Virus record (IMG/VR): IMGVR_UViG_3300029288_000145
Location: 1 to 64,000 of that record
Strand: one strand, 5' to 3'
Source of the DNA: a virus
Lineage: Duplodnaviria; Caudoviricetes
Length of the DNA: 64,000 nucleotides
Each line of letters opens with the position of its first letter. Positions within the stretch are counted from its first letter, which is position 1. The notes beneath the pieces were generated by a model. It searched no databases. It was given only the letters and a program-made list of their open reading frames with translations, and was not told where the DNA came from. Both the position numbers and the translations under genes were made by a program. Shown piece after piece: positions 18,466-28,699 of the stretch.

Positions 18466-18510
18466 CAAAGTTAATAATAAGACCCACCCTTATCCAAATT
18501 TATTTTAAAT
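18466..18510 (-). promoter_or_regulatory. Promoter, extended class
   Basis: ATTTAAAATAAATTTGGATAAGGGT, N21 spacer, TAACTTTG. Confidence 0.75.
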
Positions 18511-18523
18511 TTTCTTTTCGGGG

Positions 18524-19289
18524 TCAGTCCTTTTTATCCGTATAACTCGATGCGCTAGAGGTTTCGGTTGGTGGCAGTGGCTTATAATCTGCCGTTCGGC
18601 ATCCGTACATTGTTACTATACCCGGCCAATATGGTTTAGGAATTGTCGGACTATCAGGATATGCGGGAATTATTGGATTAACCGGTTCTGACCATTCCAC
18701 CTCCTTCATCTTCTCAGTGATAAGTTTGATCAGCATATCCATTTCTGGAATCGCTGTGTCAATAAATGTGGAGCTTAACACTCCTTGTAGCCAAAAAATA
18801 AAATCTCGTGGTTTCATATTATTATTTTAAAATTGTTTTAGTCAACATGCGAGTCCCAGTATTCACGCCTGTTTCTGTCAGACGTGCTTACAATTAACAG
18901 CATTATTTCGAGCACCATAATAACGAAAAAACACGCTACTATCCGGAACGGCAGAAGCACAATGTCTGTGATTTTCTGTTTCATAAATTTGATTTTAATT
19001 ATTCTGTTCCTTCCTTATATTCATTGCAAAATCGCTCACATAATCCCCCCCACCCAAATCCATTTGAAAATTCTTCGATCAGCTTATTCTCCTCATCAGA
19101 GTATTTCGCCTTATCCCAGGTCGGGTCGCCATTTCTTTCCAGGGATGCGTATGTTTGTCCTTCATCGTATTGACGTATTCCCCACGCCTCAGTCCAGCCA
19201 ATGCCGTCACTTTCCATTTTAGGAAACGCCTCAAATTCTACACTGAGCATCTCCCCGTCTGGTTTCTCTATGTTTTGCGTGAGTTTCAT
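18524..19289 (-). other. Three small CDS (18524..18817; 18838..18984 48-aa TM peptide; 18999..19289)
   Basis: 48-aa ORF translated by hand; track ORF 18999..19535 likely starts at ATG 19289 (ATGA coupling). Confidence 0.55.
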
Positions 19290-19345
19290 TTCTTTTGCGG
19301 GGTGCAGGCTGTAAGTATCAGAAGTAAGTAGATTAGTTTTTTCAT
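19286..19345 (-). CDS. 19-aa micro-lipoprotein MKKLIYLLLILTACTPQKK
   Basis: Basic N-terminus, hydrophobic core, LTA-C lipobox; ATGA overlaps with both neighbours. Confidence 0.55.
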   Translation of the reverse strand: MKKLIYLLLILTACTPQKK

Positions 19346-22124
19346 TCCGGTTCTTGTTTAGATTTATAACAATCAATTTCTGTAAACGTGTCAAAATCAC
19401 AATACTGGTTTTTGCCTGAGTTATTACAGGTATCCCATTTGGGACATGGAAACCTATGTGCCTGCTTATTTTGCCTTGACTCCATAACCAGACCTTCAAG
19501 CCACTCTGTATATTCCTTTGTATATATCTTTCCATCTGGATATATGTCAGAATTTATCCATGCGGCATGACCTGTGGCCTCAAATTCTTTTTGTAGGTAG
19601 TTCATTTCGTTTATTTTAAAGGTTCAATTACCAAATACTTATCAGCAGCCAAGTCATCATAAGCTCCCCACTCCTCACCATCAGCATTAAGTAGACTGTA
19701 ATAATCTTCTATTTTACGCACTTCCCAGAAGGTATATTCCCAATATGGCTCTATTTTAACATCAACAACATTCCAATATGTTGCTGCAATAACTAAAAAC
19801 TCATGGTCTGCTTGCGGTTTTTTGTCTGTCCAGTTCATTTCGTTTCCTCCTTGAATTGATTATAAACTTCTTCAAATTTTGCGGGCTCACCGCTTATCTG
19901 AAAGTGATAGTCCCCATTCTCATACACCCAATCGAACTGATTAAGAACTAGCCACGTTAAGAATTTTGCAGCCTCGTCCTTCCGGGCTTCGTCCAGCATC
20001 ATTTCTACATCCCTATGATTATAACACATGTCTGCTGTTCCATCACCATTATCCATTGGAAAATATGGATGCTTTTGCATTATTTCATCATTGCTCATAA
20101 TTGTTCTTTTATGCGGTTAATTACAAAGCTTGCTCCTAACTGAAATATCCGTACTTTTTCAAACCCTTCCTCTGAGTCTGAATCAAGTATGTTGTCAAGT
20201 CCATACATTTCAATTTCTTCATCATCCGGCAACTCGATCCCGGTGGGAATTGCATTGCGGTATTCCTGCGCATATATTTCATCTTCTTTTTCTGTGTATA
20301 GTTTCATTTTATTGAGTTTTATCTTTCTTCATATTGGTAAATATACAAAACAACACTTCCGACATCGCCTGTTTTATCTCCTGTTGAATATGTGTATATT
20401 ATCTTTCCGTCAGTTGTATGTGTTATCATAGCTTTTTATTTTACTCTTCTTCATAAACATAAGAAATAATCAATAATACAAGAACAAGCGACCACCCAAA
20501 AGCACTTGATATTGCTAAAGCAGGACACTTATTTACATTCACTAGTACAAATGCGATATTTATTGCAATCAATAATATTACGATAATTTTACCTAGTTTC
20601 ATATCTCTGTTAGTTTTTTGATTTCAACCTGATATTTCTTGCACTGTTCGCAATCCTCATCCTTGTATCCGTTGCCGTGTAATTGCAAAAACACCGACTT
20701 ATCATCAGCCATTTTTTCAAGATGCTCAATATACTTGCTTTGTAAGTGTATCAAAGTGTTTGCAATGTTTTTTTCGTATTTCATAATTTTACTTTTTATT
20801 GGTTAATTTATTTCTTCCAATTGCTTTATTATATTTTTCAACATCTTTTTTCAAGGCTTTATAGTCCTCAATAGTTATAGGCTTTCCGAAATAAGCCACT
20901 ATTTCACCGCTTGTGGTTGTTACCATTTTGATTTTTGGCATATAGTTTATTTTAAATTATTATTTTCTTCTCAATATGCCCAGCGTAACCCCTCCTCTTT
21001 AGTTCTTCAATCAGCTCTTCATCGGTTATGTCGGCGAACTTGTCCGGTTCCGTGTCCTGTTCCTCTACCGCCTCAATAACATCAAAAAGAATGTCAATCT
21101 GGAGCAGGGGAATATTAACCGGCGCAATATTGGTGGGTAACATAACTTCAACATATTTCTCATGTGCATTGCGCACATCATAAATTTCTCCAGCAGCAAT
21201 AAAATTCCTTATAGTCTTTTTTGCCATCAAAAAATGATCATCCCAAAATAAATCATCCCTGTATTTCTCTTCGTCTTTTATCATTTTCCCTCCCCTATTA
21301 AAAGTTTTAACCCCTGGACGATGGCGTCATGGGTGATGAATAACTTCGTATCGAAATATTTCTGCCGCTTCGGAATCCTGTCAAACCATTCATCGCCACT
21401 AGATTGGCAATATATTACTTGTAATGCACCCCTACAATCATGGACTTCTACATACCACCCAATCTTGCCATCATACGTATCATACGTGGGAATAGTTTCG
21501 ATGTATATGCACTTGCCATACAAAAAATACTCCACCAGATCATACGATATATCCTCACCAGGTGTTATTTCCATTCCGGACTGAGCCAGAAGAGATAATA
21601 TTTCATCATTTACGTTGCTCGACATTAAGGCCATAATGTTTATTTTAAATGTTTTTTCCGCTCTTCCATCATGGCCTTTGCAAATGTATAACAGTCTGCC
21701 GCAAATAATGCAGGAGGTGTTTTAAGATAATTGGGGTCGCATAATAGTCCGCAAGCACACTGCCCGGCGAAGTAGTCTATCAAAAGCATGCCTGAATTAT
21801 GTAATAAACGTGATTCATCGGCTAAATTTCTGTCATAAAGGCTAAAGTCTTCAGACATACCGGGAAATGCATAAGTTTGTGCCATAGTTATTTGAAATTA
21901 AACGGGTTTGAACTAAATATATCACCAAACATCGAGTTTATTATGTTATCCTCAACACACTCTTTTACGACCAGGCAGTAAAAATTCTTGTGTTTGCCCT
22001 TCAGATACTTCTCCAGTCCACACTTGGCCTCGAAGGAGTTTGATTTGTTCTTCACACGCATCTTTCCGGACTTGATAACAACCCCGTCCCTGTCCCGACA
22101 TTCGTATTTAATTATGAAGTTCAT
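19342..22124 (-). other. Run of about 12 small accessory CDS (19342..19605, 19611..19838, 19835..20098, 20095..20307, two short ORFs about 20310-20602, 20599..20784, one about 20790-20940, 20952..21284, 21281..21634, 21640..21885, 21888..22124)
   Basis: Tightly packed co-oriented ORFs with frequent ATGA overlaps; no function recognised. Confidence 0.6.
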
Positions 22125-22141
22125 AGACTTAATTTACAGCA

Positions 22142-22186
22142 CAAAGTTAATATATCAATTACCCTTATCCAAATTTATTTTAAAAT
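22142..22186 (-). promoter_or_regulatory. Promoter, extended class (leftward member of a divergent pair)
   Basis: ATTTTAAAATAAATTTGGATAAGGGT, N20 spacer, TAACTTTG. Confidence 0.75.
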
Positions 22187-22195
22187 TTTCTCAAC

Positions 22196-22226
22196 TTTGA
22201 AAACATAACATTATTCAGTAAATTTG
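22196..22226 (+). promoter_or_regulatory. Portal gene promoter, structural-gene class
   Basis: TTTG-N19-TAAATTTG, 20 nt before ATG 22247. Confidence 0.75.
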
Positions 22227-22246
22227 CAGAATAAAAGAATCAGAGC

Positions 22247-24589
22247 ATGATTTATCTTAACAAGTCCTTTAGTGACTCCATTTTCCCCATGCCCAAGGAT
22301 ACCGTTCCCCATGATGACGCATGGTACCTTAACTGGAGCAAGTTTATTTATAGTTATGGCATACGTCAGTCAAATGGCATATATGCTTTTAAGGATACCC
22401 TGAACAACCTCCGGTTATACGGAGCTGGCCGGCAGTCAATTTCTCCATACATATCACGTATGAACCCCACCGACCCCCTAAAGTCCAGCACGGCGGGAAC
22501 GGTTGACGACACCTCTATAAAGGGGTATATGAACATAAACGAGTCCATCCTCCCTATTATACCCAAATACAGGAACGCCTTTATTGGACTCATGGGACAG
22601 ATCGAGCACGACATAAGCGTTGACGCCACAGACGAGGGCAGTGAGCTGGAGCGTATGCAAAAAAAAGAACGTGCCTGGTTTGAGAAAACATTTGCCAAGG
22701 AACTCGGTCTTGTTGATGAAGTCCTGGGCATGAAAAAAGAAACCCAGGAGTTTACCCCCGACAACAGGGAGGAGTTCGAGGCTTACTGGGAGATGCACAG
22801 CGATAAGCTGGAATCAGAGATTGCCCTGCAAGAGATTATACGTGATGGATTTGCCCAGAGTGATGACCGGGAACTCAATGACCGGCTGTGGGGAGATTTA
22901 TTCGACCTAAATATGGCCGCCACTATGGACTATGTTGACACCGACACCCAGAGGGTAAGAGAACGCTATATTGATGTAGCCAAACTGATTATACAGACAG
23001 ACGGTGAGAGCCGGTCATACAAAAACTCCACCTTTGCCGGATATATGGACACTTATACCATAGCAGATTTACGCAAGGAGACCGGATGGGATGAGGAGTT
23101 AATACACGGTCTGGCCGGAACATTCAACAACCAATTCGGAAACGAGAACTTAAATCTGAACAGCCCGGCCTCATACTACCTGAACAACAGCACGAATTAT
23201 GACAACATGTTTGTCCCGGTACTAAGGATAAACTGGAAGTCTGAGGAGTCCGAAAGCATATCTGTAGAAATAAACGCCGACAAAGTTCGTCCCCAGGAGG
23301 TTGATCGTGGCAAGATACAGAAGAAGGGCGACAAGTACTTCAAGAAGGTAAAAAACAAGAGCACCTCACACTGGATGGTTCACCAGTGCCAGTGGATTAT
23401 CGGCACCAACTATATATTTGGCAGCGGAATCATGCCCGACCAGATCAGGAGCAAGAACAACTCACGCCTACCATTCCACAAGTACGAACTGAGCGGACAG
23501 AGTTTATGTGAGATGAGCATGCAGCCGGCAGACCAGATGCAGATGGCTTTTTTAAAGCTACAAAATGCTTTAGCAGCAGCACCGAATAAAAAACTTATAT
23601 TCGATTACGACACCGTTGTTGCCACAGCAAAAGAACTAAAGGCTTCACCGGCAGATATTCTCACCATCCGGAATATAGGCAACTCAGACATGGTTTTAAA
23701 ATACCGCACACATAACCCATATACGTTTGAGCAGAAGCAATCACCACCGTTTATCGAAGTAGAGGGCGGTATAGGAAACTTTCTCGAAGAGTTCCACAAA
23801 ATATTTGAGAGCCACAGACTTATGCTCGAAGATTTAACCGGCCTAAGTGCCCTGGTGACTGCTGGCAACCCACAGTCCCAGGCAGTAGGCATAAACCAGA
23901 TACTGGCCTCGGCAACAAATAACGTATTAAGACCCATATATAACGCTTTTTGTATTATAAAAAAAGATACAGCACTTAATATGGCCTTACGTGGACAGGT
24001 ACTCGCCGCCACAAACAGGGGAAAAGATTATGGCTATGAAGCTGTAATAGGACAGACAGGTGTAAGTATCTTAACAACACTCTTCAATAAAAACAAAACC
24101 CCTATTGATATTGGCATTGTTATCCAGGAACGTCCATCACAGAAGGAGCGTGACGAGATAGAGATGATGCTACAGAAGGCCGTTATGTCGGGCAGAGACG
24201 GCAAACCATCCATAACAACGGCTGACTACTTCTTTATAAAACGCATGATGAATCTCCCCGGAGGTGTCAAGAAAGCCCAGCAGATGTTGGCCATACGTGA
24301 AAACCAGTTCTTTGAAAGAGAAATAAGGAGAGCCAATGACGCCAATACCCTCAACAACAAACTCGCCCAGGAGACCGAACAGAAGAAAATGCAGTTTGCC
24401 GGTGCCCTGGAGCAGATGAAACTCCAGGTGGATATTATGCGAAAGAAAAACGAAACAGATGAGGCTATACGCCTCTATGTCGTCCAGGCTATAATTGATG
24501 AGAAAATCACCGCTCCCGCTGAATTTATACGACAGCTAACCGCCGATGCCATGACTAAACAGGAAGCTACACCAACTACGCCGGCTTAA
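22247..24589 (+). CDS. Portal protein (crAss-related type)
   Basis: 780 aa; LRLYGAGRQS...YMNIN..ILPIIPKYRNAFIG resembles the conserved N-terminus of crAss-like portals; C-terminal coiled coil. Confidence 0.75.
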   Translation: MIYLNKSFSDSIFPMPKDTVPHDDAWYLNWSKFIYSYGIRQSNGIYAFKDTLNNLRLYGAGRQSISPYISRMNPTDPLKSSTAGTVDDTSIKGYMNINESILPIIPKYRNAFIGLMGQIEHDISVDATDEGSELERMQKKERAWFEKTFAKELGLVDEVLGMKKETQEFTPDNREEFEAYWEMHSDKLESEIALQEIIRDGFAQSDDRELNDRLWGDLFDLNMAATMDYVDTDTQRVRERYIDVAKLIIQTDGESRSYKNSTFAGYMDTYTIADLRKETGWDEELIHGLAGTFNNQFGNENLNLNSPASYYLNNSTNYDNMFVPVLRINWKSEESESISVEINADKVRPQEVDRGKIQKKGDKYFKKVKNKSTSHWMVHQCQWIIGTNYIFGSGIMPDQIRSKNNSRLPFHKYELSGQSLCEMSMQPADQMQMAFLKLQNALAAAPNKKLIFDYDTVVATAKELKASPADILTIRNIGNSDMVLKYRTHNPYTFEQKQSPPFIEVEGGIGNFLEEFHKIFESHRLMLEDLTGLSALVTAGNPQSQAVGINQILASATNNVLRPIYNAFCIIKKDTALNMALRGQVLAATNRGKDYGYEAVIGQTGVSILTTLFNKNKTPIDIGIVIQERPSQKERDEIEMMLQKAVMSGRDGKPSITTADYFFIKRMMNLPGGVKKAQQMLAIRENQFFEREIRRANDANTLNNKLAQETEQKKMQFAGALEQMKLQVDIMRKKNETDEAIRLYVVQAIIDEKITAPAEFIRQLTADAMTKQEATPTTPA

Positions 24590-24981
24590 ACCGTAAAAGT
24601 ATTTCCTTTGCGGTTTAATGTTTCAAAATAGAATTTTCCCTCAAACGGCTTTATTTTTACTATATCGAAATTTATACCAACATTCACTATATATAATTTC
24701 GCTATTCTTTTATGAACCGTTGTTATTAAATCTCTAAACCCTTCTAAATCCCTATCACGCTTGTAGTGGTTGCAACTCCTACAACTTGGCTGAAGGTTGT
24801 CGAAGCTGTCAGGGTTAAATTGTTGTTCTTGTTTGAATAAATTTATGTAATACTTTGCATGAGCCTTGCTTGTTTCATGATCAATTTGCATATCTTTATA
24901 TTTTATTTCCCTCCCACAATATGCACACCTACCACCGTATTTTGCATAAACTCTATTTCTTAACTCAATTCGCTTATTCAT
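24586..24981 (-). CDS. HNH endonuclease
   Basis: YGGRCAYCG..MQIDH...NLQPSCRSCNHYK. Confidence 0.85.
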   Translation of the reverse strand: MNKRIELRNRVYAKYGGRCAYCGREIKYKDMQIDHETSKAHAKYYINLFKQEQQFNPDSFDNLQPSCRSCNHYKRDRDLEGFRDLITTVHKRIAKLYIVNVGINFDIVKIKPFEGKFYFETLNRKGNTFTV

Positions 24982-25004
24982 CTTTGCGGCTTTTTGGTTC
25001 TAAT

Positions 25005-25358
25005 TTATTCCTCCCATTCGATATGGATGGTGGCTACTAAATGACCAACTTTATTCCCCTGTATTTGAGCTATGTGTTCGTTTGGATGTATAATTCCATA
25101 ATAAGGGTTTGAAAGGGGGTCAGTATAAATATTTATCCACCCCTCCTTCTTGCAGGAGGCCATGATGAGATCGGAATCATTTTTTCTTCCATCATCCCAC
25201 TTACCTTCTGCTGTGTGTGAAAATACTTGTCCGTTTATCCACCCCGCTAGTTTCCATTTTGGCACATCCGGGCTATAAGCCCCGAACTTATACGGACGCC
25301 CGTCACGAGTTACTACCGGCTTTCCTGCAATGCATTCTTCTAAATTAAAATCTTTCAT
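25005..25358 (-). CDS. Conserved-type phage hypothetical protein
   Basis: FNLEECIAGKPVVTRDGR..KEGWINIY; start moved to ATG 25358 because a promoter occupies the longer 5' extension. Confidence 0.6.
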   Translation of the reverse strand: MKDFNLEECIAGKPVVTRDGRPYKFGAYSPDVPKWKLAGWINGQVFSHTAEGKWDDGRKNDSDLIMASCKKEGWINIYTDPLSNPYYGIIHPNEHIAQIQGNKVGHLVATIHIEWEE

Positions 25359-25370
25359 AGCTTTTTTACG

Positions 25371-25415
25371 CAAATTTACAATACCCATATCCTATTTCCA
25401 AATTTATTTTCAATT
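25371..25415 (-). promoter_or_regulatory. Promoter, extended class
   Basis: AATTGAAAATAAATTTGG, N20 spacer, TAAATTTG. Confidence 0.7.
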
Positions 25416-25419
25416 TCAT

Positions 25420-26880
25420 GGGCACCACTTACCCTCGTCTGCATTACGGTGGCAATATACTACGTTTTATGACCATGTTCGCAACCAATTCATCAGACGG
25501 TGTCTGGTATATCCAGACGAATCCGGGTACCGTGTCCTGATTAATCCTCCTATCTCGCTTTACCACGTCCTGTACGCCACGACATCGCACCCCTGAGTGG
25601 TACTTCTTAGCACAGTTCATATCATCGCCCCGTAGATCGTCTTAAAATCGCTCATATCTGTTCATTATTTATCCATGTTCGCTTTAAACGAACACCGCCC
25701 AGGAGTGAACACGCTCCATAGGTACCACAAACCGGTGCTGATCGCATTATTTTACCCCCATTTTGTCAGGTTTTTAACCCCATAAACTTGACTTTATACT
25801 AATTAAATGAAATTACTAACCCATTACCCCACCGGTGAACGAACCGCATTTAAACACTCTAAACACATATTTTTTGACTCAAACCGAGCTGTGATTTTTT
25901 TAGCTATTTTATACCGCTCGGTTTTGTACACGAAATCATAGGTACATATATCAGCCGAGGTTCAAAATAAAAATCCAAATTTGCTAACCCCACCGGCATG
26001 TAAATCAATAAGTTATGATGAGATACCAAACATATAAAAGTAACTCCCTGATTATCAATTAATTAAAAGCAAATAATCTGCATACACGACGTTCATTCAA
26101 TTAAAATTAGTTGCTTGATATTCAATTCATTCTGTCTTATTTAGAATCATTCTAAATATAGTAGCATGAATGACAATAACATACAGAGGCAATATAATTA
26201 TAATAAATAAATGATATGTTAGAAATTTCTAACATTTAGTAAAAAATCATTTCATAACTATATAGCATACAACGATATATAGTAATATTAAATAGATAAG
26301 TAATTAAGCAGGCTGTTTATGTATTGTATTGATATATAATACAATGCTAATATAATATATGTTATTTTATTTAATAGTTGATAGTGTCAACTAATTTTGT
26401 GCGTGAACAAATATAGTGCCAAACGATATAATTTTTGAATGTTTATTTTAAAATAAATTTGGTGATTTGCTTGCATTGGCTGGATAAATGTATTATCTTT
26501 GGTATATTATGAATGAGATAATGAAGGCAAACAGGACGTTTAACACAAATATTTAAATATAATGTCATGAATATCAAATCAATGTTTAAAACAAAAGGGG
26601 CGAATGATGCATTAACTGGTCAAAAAATTATGTCAGTAAGATATTTAGATGATAATATGACCAGAAAATTATATTTATCAGATGCTCCCTTAATCATTAC
26701 CTTATCAAATAATGCTTGACAAGCATTTATGGAATAGTTCCAAAACAACGGGAAAATACCGGAACATCTTTTTAAGCGAGTCTAAAAAAGAGACTGAACA
26801 AAAGATTAAATCAGGTATTTATAAACTTGTAAGCCTGAATTAAACATATTTGAAAAGCGAAACTAAATTTTAAATAACAC
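25420..26880. other. About 1.45-kb largely non-coding strand-switch region with several palindromes
   Basis: No convincing ORF; palindromes at 26138-26158 and 26216-26235; IHF-like WATCAAnnnnTTR matches near 26003 and 26052. Confidence 0.6.
26444..26501 (+). promoter_or_regulatory. Promoter for the rightward early-type cluster
   Basis: TATTTTAAAATAAATTTGG at 26444-26462, then CTTG-N20-TATCTTTG (motif about 12 bp further upstream than in other copies). Confidence 0.55.
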
Positions 26881-26896
26881 AATAAATATTATTATC

Positions 26897-27433
26897 ATGA
26901 AAATCGTTGAATTAAAACTTTATTCGTTTAACGAATTATCAGACGAGGCAAAACAAAAAGCATTATCTGATTATAACGGTGATTCAGAATATTTTTGGGG
27001 AGACGAGGCAATGGGTAGCTTGAAAAAATTCCTGGAACATTTCAATTGTGAATTAATTGACTGGTCATTGGATTTCCTGGAACCACACCGGAACAGTTAT
27101 AAAATTGATATTCCCGAATATATGCAGGAAAAAACATATGACGAATTGAAGGGATATATTGAAGGAATGGGGAAATATGACCCGGAAACATTAAAGGGTC
27201 TTGGCTCCTGTATGTTTACCGGCGTATGTTTCGATGAATCATTAGGCGATGGAGCTAGAAAAGAATATTACTCAGGCACCACAGGCATAAGCGACATTAT
27301 CCATGCCGGGATTTCAGAATGGGAAATTGATGTAAAAAAAGACTGTGAATACAATTACAGCGAGGAATGTTATGCCGAAACATGCGAATCAAACGAATAC
27401 TTATTCACTGAAGAAGGTCAATTATGGTCATAG
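26897..27433 (+). CDS. Acidic early-type phage protein
   Basis: LYSFNELSDEAKQKAL...CESNEYLFTEEG, a pattern common in phage early regions; function not recognised. Confidence 0.6.
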   Translation: MKIVELKLYSFNELSDEAKQKALSDYNGDSEYFWGDEAMGSLKKFLEHFNCELIDWSLDFLEPHRNSYKIDIPEYMQEKTYDELKGYIEGMGKYDPETLKGLGSCMFTGVCFDESLGDGARKEYYSGTTGISDIIHAGISEWEIDVKKDCEYNYSEECYAETCESNEYLFTEEGQLWS

Positions 27434-27569
27434 TAACTTCACCCGGCGAATTGTCAGACAGGCAGAAGAAGTTAATCAGTATTTTGCCTGTCAATATTGG
27501 CAGCCATGAACTAAAAAAGTTAATCCTGAAATATAGGAATGAATGTAAAACAATAACAATCAAACACAA

Positions 27570-28648
27570 ATGAAAAGAATAAAATACATAGTAGTAGCAG
27601 ACAGAATTGAATTAGTAGCTTTCACACTCCCAGTTAGTAAAAAACTTGCTACTGAAATATTAAAACAATTAAGCAAGGATATAAGGCCAGGGGTAACGAG
27701 TGCAAACAAATATCAAAATTGGAGGCTTAAAGAAGTTAAAGTATAATATTATGGCAGTACTAATCACATTATCTGGAATACTTTTAAATACTCTGATCAT
27801 TACCCTGCTGATCATAAGAGATTTGAAAAGGGAAATTAACGAATTAACAATAATTAAATAAAAAACAAATGAAAAGTATTATTTATTGCGAGGTGCCTAC
27901 AAATTATCAGTACACCTCACTTGTAACCTTAATGGGACATGCTAAGGTACATAATAACAATGCCCCGGCTCCAAAATGGTCTGCCCTCTATTTTGAGAAC
28001 AAAAAGGAGGCTAAAAAATGGATAATGGAAAGGAAATATGAATTGTATGATGATCGCAATGACAGGATTAATCATGGCCGGGGTGATAATACCGGGTTAG
28101 AATATGATGCCGCCACCTGTTATATAATGCCATTGTCTGAATTTCTCGAAAGGCATAGCAGCATATCAGACAAAGATATTCCAATTTATTCAGGCAGTCA
28201 AATTTAAAACACACAAACATATGAAAAAATCTGACATACCCTTCGTTTGCCTGGTTATTATGGCCGGATGCATGGTGACCGGCATATTTTACCGGCCAGC
28301 ATTTAAAATAATGATGGTGTTTGCCGTTATTATTGTCCTGTACTATATCGTAAAAAATTTTAAGGAGGCATTTAAAATACCGAAGTCATGAACGAAATAG
28401 AATATCAAAACTATGTATCAAAAATGATAAACAAATCTGCTCAGGCTATTAAAATGAGCTATTTGTTAGCACTTGAAAACAAGGAGCCTAAATCAAAAAC
28501 ACACAGACTCGAAAAGCGCATTGACCGGGCAAGGGTATTGATACACAAAGTATTATACAAGGATATTGTTTTGGAGGCCAATTTCGATAAAAAATTCCTT
28601 CAAAAAGCCCTGGGAGAAATCAATGAGATATTATCCGGTCAAAAATAA
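27570..28648 (+). other. Four small CDS (27570..27746; 27869..28207; 28221..28391 two-TM; 28388..28648)
   Basis: Two translated by hand; A-rich leaders; ATGA coupling at 28388. Confidence 0.55.
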
Positions 28649-28685
28649 ATAAATTTGCAAAGAGTATTTTAAAACACTAAATTTG
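28641..28685 (+). promoter_or_regulatory. Promoter, extended class
   Basis: AAATAAATAAATTTG-N20-TAAATTTG. Confidence 0.65.
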
Positions 28686-28699
28686 TTAAAATAAATATT

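Noticed and set aside
22141-24600. Portal gene or the 37.0-39.6 kb island as an invertible segment of the serine recombinase
   Set aside because: No flanking inverted repeats found by eye at either pair of junctions; a computational scan could still find short ones.
27448-27492. Hairpin GACAGGCAGAA...TTTTGCCTGTC after ORF 26897 as a fifth attC-like site
   Set aside because: No AAC/GTT cores at the right spacing, no complementary cassette ends and no attI-like partner; probably an ordinary RNA hairpin.
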